Positions 52,430 to 61,777 of a stretch of DNA of 64,000 bases are shown here, piece by piece (within the stretch, counting starts at the first letter, position 1; each line of letters opens with the position of its first letter). The stretch is from Basidiobolus meristosporus CBS 931.73 (lineage: Eukaryota; Fungi; Basidiobolomycota). The position numbers and the translations under genes are program-made. The stretch is taken from NCBI GenBank assembly GCA_002104905.1, contig MCFE01000472.1, positions 5,357-69,356 on the forward strand. Reading direction: 5' to 3'. Under the pieces are notes generated by a model. It saw only the letters and a program-made list of their open reading frames with translations. It was not told the DNA's origin and made no database searches.

Positions 52430-53104
52430 TCAGTCAAAGCCTGTAGGTCCAGAGGAATTTGCTGTGAAAGGTGTGAAAGGTGAATACGCAAGAGTACGGG
52501 GGGTGGGAAGAGGCTGAGGTTTAGTATACATAACATCTGTATGCAGGACGTATTTTACACCTTGCTTTACAGCTAAACTAGCGTGATATAGACCATGCTC
52601 AAACAACACAACTCTTCCCGGTTTGGGGATTATGTCAATGTGCTTCATTGATTCCACCGAGAAAAAACGGGTTTGCCCACCTTCTGCTACATCATTCAAG
52701 TATAGCAAGACCGTTATTCGGCTAGCCCCGGAGGACTGTTCATCAACATAGCTACTATCAACATGTGCATTGAAATATTGTCCAGGTCTATACTGATTAA
52801 ACCTTAAATTCTTGTGTAGACCTGAAACTGGATTGTCTGTCCAGTATTTGGGAACATGGTCTTTAATGCGCGACCATAGCTCGAATGTTTCGAAGCCGTC
52901 AATAATGGCAAGATTGAGGTCGTTGCGTACATGAGGAGAGTTCACGATTCCCCCATACTTGTTTGTTTGATAAGTGTTAAAGCCATGATACTCTGACTTC
53001 CTGATAAGTCGATCACACTCTTCCTTCGAATAGATATCGTCAAGAACAACAAAGAATGCACATGTGTCAAGTTCAAGTGCTGCGACGATGTCTATTGGAA
53101 CCAT
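52430..53104 (-). CDS. Prolyl-4-hydroxylase-like 2OG-Fe(II) oxygenase
   Basis: LRFNQY..GQYF.AHVD (HxD), TVLLYLND..EGGQTRF, PKPGRVVLFEH..YH, KYVLHTDVMY. Start codon uncertain (the frame is open to 53155). Confidence 0.88.
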   Translation of the reverse strand: MVPIDIVAALELDTCAFFVVLDDIYSKEECDRLIRKSEYHGFNTYQTNKYGGIVNSPHVRNDLNLAIIDGFETFELWSRIKDHVPKYWTDNPVSGLHKNLRFNQYRPGQYFNAHVDSSYVDEQSSGASRITVLLYLNDVAEGGQTRFFSVESMKHIDIIPKPGRVVLFEHGLYHASLAVKQGVKYVLHTDVMYTKPQPLPTPRTLAYSPFTPFTANSSGPTGFD

Positions 53105-54847
53105 TATTGTAGAAGGAGAGCGTATAAAGAGTTCGTTCGAATATTCCTGGGCCAAGAAATTGCGAGTGTTTATATAGCCGACTTGAAATCAAGCCTACCA
53201 TTAAGAGCGCTCACTTACGTCAGCAGATGCACTCTTGCTCCCCCACTAGCTGCGGACGATGAACGATGGTGTGTTTGCTATCCATCCACAAATTATCTTG
53301 GCTCACGACAAGAGAAGGTATATTCATCAGAAGTATTCTGGACAGGCCGTGCGCTCGACTGAACAAGATCCTAAGAACAGAACACGATGCTAAAATATGC
53401 CTGAATTCTTACATTGCGTTCACAACACTTCGCTTGATTATACCCCAGTCACGACTCCATCTTGCTAGAGCAGCCTTTGCCTGCGTACGCATCCCTGCTT
53501 GGATGAGGAAGGCAATGTACCCGTATGGGGCACAGCCTCTCTCTGACCAATTATAGCATGCTTTAGGGTCAATCAGTAATCTTCCTGAAGAATGTTTACA
53601 CCAGATGGCTAAACTCGGATTTACTCTTGTGGGATAATTCACCGATACTTGCCATGGTTTTAGTGAAAGTAACCTAAGCTATGCCAATTCGGGCCTGGGG
53701 TCTGGGCCTGAACGAAATCCCATGTTTTGGTAACCTCTAACTTGACTGCATTCTATCGTGTGATCATCCTTGACGAATAATATAATGAGGCGGCCAGCTA
53801 CGTTGGTATCGAGGTCAAAGAAAGCTGTAAATGTCATATTTGGCATATTTGTATTGCTCAGGTACTGATAAGCTATTGATAGTAGTAGTAGTTCATGGCT
53901 TAGGGTGCGTCGCAAATTGCAGATGGGAGTCTCCTTGGTCAGGTGATGGATAGAGAGACTGACTTCAAAGTGGCAGTTTTTCATTGATCAACCACGATTT
54001 GTCTCTTAAATGGAAAGATAACGCATGCCTATATGTCCAAAACGAAACTGGATGACACCAAATATATTTTTGATTGTTACTGGAAATGGTCGCTTCTCCA
54101 GTATCCGGGTTTTCTACATCTCAACTCGCTGGCATTTAGTGTGCTTCTGAGAAGATACATCGGAAAAAGGATTAGGCTTCTTATCCTGATCGTCATTCTT
54201 TTCTTGCGATAAATGAGATTGGAGGACACTGATTCCATCAGAGAGCAAAGTTTATTCTATAGATTTGAGAGGTTTTTTGCCACGTAGAGTCGTGCTTATG
54301 ATATAAACGTGGCAAAATGTCATATAATCGAGTTTGGGCATGTTTGGACGGGGTTGATATCCTATCGAGGTGGATTGAATCTACTTTTACTAAATGAAGC
54401 ACATACTTAGTTGATATGTATATGATAAAGAATATCTCATGGCTTTATTGTGGCTGCAAATAGTAAAGGTGTGAGTGGAGGTTCCCAGACATGAGGTGCT
54501 TTGTGCTAGCAGTGTCTGTAATATCGCCGCGGATGTCCCACTCTTACATCCATGGAACAACTCATAATGGGCTTTCAAGAATCAAAGTACGTATCTTGCA
54601 ACGTATTAGTCGAAGTGGAATGATGTGTTCTGAAGAATTCAGTATACTTTGAATAATATATCTTCTTCAAGGGTCATCGATCGTTTAGTTATCAAGGCTA
54701 CAAATAGTAATACAAACCAGCGAATCCATCATATCCATTCTCGTTCAAAAGATGGAATTGAGAATATCCATTCTACCATGCTCAAAACATATATAAACAG
54801 CTGGGTATTGAAAGTAATAGAACAATCACTACTTGCTGATCTTAAAA

Positions 54848-55969
54848 ATGCTATCAAAGAGCCTCTGCCTACTTTTCATTGGCCTTGTGGCATCGTCCCC
54901 ACTTAGTGAATGGGATAGTCTTTTCCACTCTACTCCCGAGGCTCCGTATGTCCCAGTAGACGATTCCATGCTGACAATTTTGAAAGAGTCCGCAAACTAC
55001 GCCTCAGCCGCATATTGCCATGAAGATAAAGTGGTCAATTGGACATGCGGGAACCGTTGTATTGGTAACCTCAATGTTACCACATACTTCCAGAGCGATG
55101 AAACCGAAATGGCTGGCTACATTGGTTACAATAAGGACACCAAGACTATCGTTGTGAGCTTCAGAGGGTAAGTTGAGGATTGTTCTTCGACCGAAATTTA
55201 CTCGGTGACAATGCATACTAATCTGTCTAAATCGATTGAAATTAGAACTGCAAATGACGAAAACTGGCTTATGGATCTTGATTTCCTACCTCGTTCTTTC
55301 GCTTACCCGAAGGCTGGTCCCGACGTGAAAGTTCATCGTGGTTTCTATGAAACATATAATAGTGTTGAGGACCAAGTCAGGGAAGGGTTAGCGAAGACTC
55401 TGGCCACCGTTGGCTCTACCTCTTCCGACTATGAGCTCCTGGTCACCGGCCATTCTTTGGTAGGCTTACTCTTGAAGTATAAGCCTTACTCAGTATCCTA
55501 ATCTTCCATTCAATCCTTTTAGGGTGCTGCTGTTGCAACTCTTGGTGCTCTGGATATTAAACGTATCTATCTCAACCCGAGCAATGAATTTGCTTTCGCT
55601 CCCAATTTGCAAAATGTGGTAGATACCAACAGAATCCGTTTGCACAACTTCGGTTCACCTAGAGTTGGCAATCCTGAGTTCGCAGCTCTAGCTCACGAAA
55701 CCATGACTGACGGTGACAGTGACTATTCAAAGATTTGCCGCGTTACAAACCAAAATGATATTGTGCCCAGAGTTCCTCCTATGCTCTTTGGATTTCTTCA
55801 CACCCCTCAAGAGATCTGGATCAACTATGATGAAGTCACTGTCAACTGCCACGACATTGTAAACGGTGAAATCGTAGAAGATCCGAACTGCAATGCTGGT
55901 CAATTCCCAATGAGCGTAGCTGCTCACGATAGATATTGGGACATTGAGTTTGGACGAGGTTGCGAATAA
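54848..55969 (+). CDS. Secreted class 3 triacylglycerol lipase (Rhizomucor-type), 3 exons
   Basis: Signal peptide; YASAAYC; IVVSFRG/T; VHRGF; VTGHSL/GAA (GxSxG split by an intron); FGSPRVGN; NDIVPRVPP; catalytic His near the C-terminus. Confidence 0.95.
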
Positions 55970-57530
55970 GGCTTAGAGTATTTCCCACCTAAACAGTTAA
56001 ATTGAATCAACAATTCATTATGTAATTAGGCAAGCTATTGTCCATCTAAGCAACCAGAGAATAGATTTGTAAAGAAAGCAAGAAGTACAATATTTAGTTG
56101 AATATGTATTTCAAATAAATACACTAATCAAAAAGATTCTGATATCGCACATAAATTTATTCATGAGTGCCAAACCTTCTTTCGACTAAAAAAATATCAA
56201 ACCATCAGTGATCATGACTAAAACTATGGGTAGATTATGATCATCATTGTTGCAACTTTTGCCCCATGTATATATTTTATCGTAACGATGGCAGTTCTCT
56301 GCAGGCGTTGAGGAGTTCTCAATTGAGCCCCGAATAATAACCTCCAACAATTAAGGCAGTATTCACCCCGAATTAGGCAATTGCTCACAGATAAATCATG
56401 ATCACAGCCACCCATGTTGGCTGCACCAGTTGCATAACAATCTTGGAAATGAGTTTGAAACCCCATCAGGAATAGGGATATGCTCCGCATGATATGATAA
56501 TCATGCGCTCGTATGGGACTTTTTCTACTCTAATCTGTCCTGAGGTTTGTGACAAATTTAATGGAGTACTCAATTTCAATCATTCGTGCACTCCAGCAGC
56601 CGAAGAAAAGCCCGTTAAAATGTTGATATTAGGCGCTACACTGATCATAAGACAGGTTCCGAAGTTGGTATTTACCTAACAGATGAAGCCCCATCTGCTG
56701 AATCTGAAGCAGAGACTGAGTAACATAAATAGCCTCATCTAATCGCGTTTACATGCCTATCACCAAGGCCTATGCGTTGACTAGACATCTGCAAGATTTT
56801 CACTTCAAGTGATAAAGCAAGAGTTTAAAGCTAGATTGAAACCCTGCTGGTTCCACATTGACGCATGATGTGCACAAGTTTATCAAATCTATTGACGGAA
56901 CAATAAGTATAAAGGTTAATTAAACTATAGAGAATATGTAACTCAGCAGTATGGATGCTTAGTATACACAAACATATATATATATAATTATTTGGTTAGC
57001 ATTCTCGATTTTGTTCCATGACAGCTGCTTTAAGTTGCGAACCATCCTAGTGATATATTAGTGTGTACAACAAAGGAAATTTTCTATATTATTCATGAGA
57101 ATCAGTCCATTGTATTGGTCAGCCTCTGAGGCATATGTATCTTTAAAAAACGATGCTCAACTCGAAATTCGAACTTATTCTTATATTAGGTACAATTAAG
57201 AAAGCCCTCATTCTATAATTAGAACTACATTATATATCCTGCGGTCTGGGTTCTAACACTGGATTTTGAAACAACTGTTTTTGAGTTATCCACAATTGCC
57301 TTCATATTAGCATTTCCTCACATCAATTCACTCTATTTTCTAATAGTAAATCTGGCGTCGTTTTGTCAGAGGCATCTACCAATCAGTCGATAATGCAAAT
57401 TAAGAATGTATGCTGTTGTGTTAAATCCCTTGTTAGCACTGCCGATTTCTCACTTACCCCTCAAGTCACCACAGCTACTGACAAAACCTCACGAAGGCTT
57501 TACACTGTGGGAGAGGCATTTACACACACG

Positions 57531-59202
57531 ATGTCGAAGGAACTCAACAGATTTTATGAATTACTCTTTTTGAGTTTAGGTATTCTGCTATTGATTAAGA
57601 ACGCTGCTGCTGGTAAGTTTAATCCTTCTTGTTTATTAGAACCACTCAAAAGCAATTCCTAAGCGATATTTCGTATTTGCAATCGTAGCTTGTTCATACT
57701 CTCGGGACCCTGGCTGGACAGAACCATTTAAATTCAACTTCAAGTTGAACGTCTGTCAAACTTCTCAAAACCTTGTTACAAGCAAAGTCGCCTTTGCAGC
57801 ACAGTATGAAATCTCAGGAACACCAAGCCAGTGCAATTCGACCGGGAAAAATACCTACCAGTGTGTTACTTCGAGCGATTCTATCTATTTTAATTTATTC
57901 ACTCCAGGGAACTCCAACGATTATCCAAGCCTGACAGTATCTGTCAACAATGATCAGTGTAGTGTCGCTCAATATTGTTCAACCCCTGGTGGCAGCCCAG
58001 GCGGAGGAGGTCAGGACAATGGAATGTTAAGTCTAGGCCCATTTGGGACTTATCCTAAGCCGGCTGCAATAGCTGGGTTGTGCGTATTCAGTCTATTAAT
58101 ACTGGGAGGAATCTACTTGGTATACCGACGACAAAGAACATACAGTCGTACCAGTTCCGCTGAGCCAGGCCCTCGAAGAAACCTATGGCAGTTGGTTTGC
58201 TGTAGTATGCACCGACAAACCGGGAGCAGATATGGTAAATCCAATAATGGCAATACGAAACCAGCAGCACGAAGTGTTGGCCCCAAACAGAAGCGAAATT
58301 TGGAGGAAGGGAACCCGGATTATGAAAACGGCAACAACGTTAATAGTTTGCCCTTGGAAAGCGTCTCCATTAACGACCTCGGCTCAGGCGTGAGAAATGT
58401 TCCCAAGTCATCTGTTCTGGTGAATTTAAAGGAAGATGTAAAAAAGCCTTCACCATCGAAGAGCAAAACGCACCGCTCAAGTGCACTTATTGATTCTATC
58501 GCCAATCAGAAAGAGAGTAATCTCGAGCCTCAACTCTCTGGAACTCCTACTCGCTCTAGGACAGTTAAACGTAACCAAACTCTTTTAGAGAAATCTCGTA
58601 GCATGATTTCAGAGGAGCAGGTTGAACCTACCCGTGGTAGAAATCGAAACAGTGTACACGCTAACTTAGATACATCCTCCAAGACTTCCGCAGCACCGGT
58701 GGGTAGATCAAAGACAACCAGGGAAAATATGAGAAGCAAAGATCAAAACAGAGATGTTCAACGAGCTGTAACAACGAAGCGAAATGAGAAATCTCATTCA
58801 GAAGATGCGAAAGGGGAAGAAGAGCAGTCAAGCCGCGGCAGAAGTAAGCGACCTACCCGAATCAACGATTCGGATGATATACCTCTCAAAGCCCATCGCT
58901 CAAAAACTATTGGAGGCAACTCGCATAGAGCTGGTGACAAATCCTCACTCAGCAGTAAAGATAGTACTCCGTTGGGTTTGTTGCAGCGTAACAAATCACT
59001 TAACCTTAATAGAGGGAATTCTACGAAAGAACCAGCAAATGGACGACGTACTATACCAGATGATGATGATGATGTGCCTCTACTACCTACACCAGGGAAA
59101 GCTCCTAATACTTCAAAAAATGCGACAAGTGCGCCTAGAGCTGTAACCAACTCACACTATAGTGATGATATAATTAATTTGTATGAAGATGACAAACATT
59201 AA
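57531..59202 (+). CDS. Type I single-pass membrane protein: Cys-containing ectodomain, long disordered basic tail
   Basis: Signal-like exon 1; intron 57613-57688 restores the frame; Cys-spaced ectodomain; TM AAIAGLCVFSLLILGGIYLVY followed by RRQR; S/R/K-rich tail. Last host gene before the terminal array. Confidence 0.75.
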
Positions 59203-59566
59203 GCTTAGGAAATTTCACCAGAGTTCAAGGGCAACTTCTGACATATTCCTTGGGCTCCATCATTCGCAAATACTCCATCCATATACTTGAATCTGCATTA
59301 TATACCATTGAAGATACTCTATAAATATTTGAATTTTGATCGTTATCTCTTGATATAAACTTATTGGGTCAAGCAGTCACATTGGCATATTTGCATCCCC
59401 AGTGTTGTGGCTTTCAACAAAGCTTGTGTTGACTTTGGTATTATATGGTACACATCCAGCCATATTACTCCAATACATGGTGCATGCATGTCACTTTGAT
59501 GCAATTTGTTACATGTCAGAAGTGTCAAAAAGCCACCATACTTTTCACATATGCTCTTGGGACCCT

Positions 59567-59937
59567 TTAGGGTAAAGGAGGGAAAGTCTCCAAGCTGGTA
59601 AAATCTATACTTGCTTCAAGAAATAATCTAAATACAAAGAAAGAAGCCAATTAAGAGGTAGATAACCTCTCTAATAGGTAATCTAGTTGATATTTTGTTT
59701 CATTTCTAATGTTGGTTTCAATAAAACAAAGCTCATCAAGTGTAAATATGAAACTTAAGGGTTTTTGGGGAAGTATAAATTGTAAGTGTTTCTAATCAAT
59801 ATATCATAAGACTGCAACCCAATCTGGATTAAGTGCAGTAGGAAAGGTGTGTAGATTTGCAAGTAACTCTGCCTCATTGATCTCAGGTGGTCCTGTGCCA
59901 ATATCCTTGGTTTCTCTGCTTTTTGAAGTTTTGAAGG
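59567..59937 (-). mobile_element. Telomeric module A (most decayed): shared 3' motif plus remnant of an unknown ORF
   Basis: TTAGGG at 59567; degenerate motif ending AAGAAGCCA at 59649; hairpin AGAGGT/ACCTCT at 59654-59670; a ~95-codon minus frame with two internal stops ending in TAA at 59651. Confidence 0.65.
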
Positions 59938-60395
59938 TTGGGGGGGGGGAAACAGTCACCAACAAGTGAAAGCGTTATTTCAGTTGAAACAAAGAAGCCA
60001 GCGCTGCTGCTGTAAATTTGATGCAAGAGTGTGTAGCTGAGGGGAATCGGTAGGTAAGTTAATGTGGAGAAATGATAGCACTCAGTGCCCAAGACACTGT
60101 TCAGTAGGAAGGGGGGTAGAAAAAGGGGTATATGATCTGTGAACAACATTAATAAGGGCAACATGATATGGATTGCTACCCATCATAAAGGGAGTGTGTT
60201 GCATCAGACATTGCTGCCAAAGGTCGGTCAAGTACTTCAGATAGGTCAGCCTGGATTTTTCAGACTGCAGAATATGATGAGCAAACTTCTTGACATCAGG
60301 ATCTTCAAGTATAGCTCTCCAGCAGGTGCCAGGTGTAGGGTGGTGTGTTCTCTTCCAGGCTTTCAGGTAGGCCAACTTGGGCTTTTCAGACCCTA
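59938..60395 (-). mobile_element. Telomeric module B: 5'-truncated diverged copy of the RT element's 3' end
   Basis: Aligns with 61790-62210 (KAWKRTHH...ILQSEK...YLKYLTDLWQQ...NPYH..LINVVH). G-run plus motif at 59938-60004. Confidence 0.9.
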
Positions 60396-60519
60396 TGAAA
60401 AATAATTGTAATGATACCATCACAAGGCCATCACAAAGCTTAAATCCCATGACTAAGAGGTATTGATCCCATCAGGACACCATGAAAAGACCATTAAATA
60501 ATATTGCACCCCTGATTTT

Positions 60520-61043
60520 GTTGTAAAAATGTGTAATTCCACCTAAATATTCACCCAACTTAGTCACTTGGATCATTACCTACAAAACCTAGAGAATACT
60601 GACCAGATTCCTTGTTGGGACTCAGAATATTTTCACCAAAATGCCAGGTACCCAGAGCATGAAAATTCTCAAAGTTGTCCAAACAGCCCCAAACTTTGCA
60701 CACATACGCTTGGTGTTGTAAGAGTCTTGGAGATATTGGAAGTGATTGGAGGACAAGTAGATTATGTGGTTTTCACTTAATGATTTATTGAATGTAAAAG
60801 TAGTATTTACACTTTTACATGGTCTTGGCATTACGAACACATAGAATAGGTTAAGGAAGGTCCCAAGAACATGTGTGCAAAGTTTGGGGCTGTCTGGAAA
60901 ACTTTGAATATTTTCATGTTCTGGGTAAATATTCCAAGTAAATCCCAACAAGGAATTTGGTCAGAATTCTCTATGATTTGAAGGTAATGATCTAAGTGAC
61001 TAAGTTAGGTGAATATTTAGGTGGAATTATAAATTCTCACAAC
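60520..61043. mobile_element. Foldback/MITE-like element with ~190-bp terminal inverted repeats
   Basis: 60522-60712 is the reverse complement of 60862-61043 (e.g. AATTCCACCTAAATATTCACC.AACTTAGTCACTT). ~150-bp spacer, non-coding, no TSD found. Confidence 0.85.
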
Positions 61044-61099
61044 ACTCCCACTCAGCTAAATGTTCATACTGACTAGTCCTAATTTTGACCTAAGATATT

Positions 61100-61682
61100 T
61101 TAGGGGGAGGGAAAGTCACCAAGGTAGGTGAAATCTTTATTTGATTGTGGACAAGTCTAACTACAAATAAAGAAGCCAGCTGGGAATAGAAGATTCCCAA
61201 AGTAACTACTAAGTTGAACATGAATAAATCTAAGCTAAAGTTAAGGCAGTATCCCAGAGTACACTGGAGTTCAGGTTCATGGGGGAGTGAAGTAGATAAG
61301 CTTGAGAGATATAATAATAATCTTTAAGGAAGTGGGTAACAGCAGGTGAAGGGGAGTTTTTGATAAGTGAAGTAAATCTTGAGAGCAGAGATTCCTCTAA
61401 TGAGAAGGTCTTGTAAACTGGAGAATCAGGAAACTCTTTAAAGGCATGGTCAGTAGGTTCCCAGTAAAACTGGTCAGAGACATTTTGAGAGAATTCTTTA
61501 GCAATACTTTTGTCAAGTACTACCTCCAGAGTGTGATGGTTGATAAATCTCATGTTAACAATCTTGGATAAATTGTAACCTTGTTGCTTGAGATACATCC
61601 TATGCTCAGATATAGGAATAAACTCCACATTGGCAAAGTAGCAGACAGCCCAGTCAGTAGCAGGAGGCAAATCAGAAGTGGC
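61100..61682 (-). mobile_element. Telomeric module D: 5'-truncated unit with an ORF1-like frame (61230-61682) and its own 3' motif
   Basis: Open frame of ~150 codons (DWAVCYFANVEFIPISEHRMYLKQQGYNLSKIVNMRFINHHTLEVVL), cut off at its 5' end by the CCCTAA of module E. TTAGGG plus motif at 61100-61199. Confidence 0.8.
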
Positions 61683-61777
61683 TTAGGGGGGATGATAATC
61701 ACCACAGGGTGAAATCTTTATTTAATCATAAATAAAGAAGCCAAGTTCAAATATGGGTATTTGAGATGCAGTAAGAG
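61683..61777 (-). mobile_element. Telomeric module E: 95-bp stub that is almost only the 3' motif
   Basis: TTAGGGGGG...TCACC/GGTGA, TCTTTATTTA/TAAATAAAGA, AGCCA, TCAAATA/TATTTGA. Confidence 0.85.
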
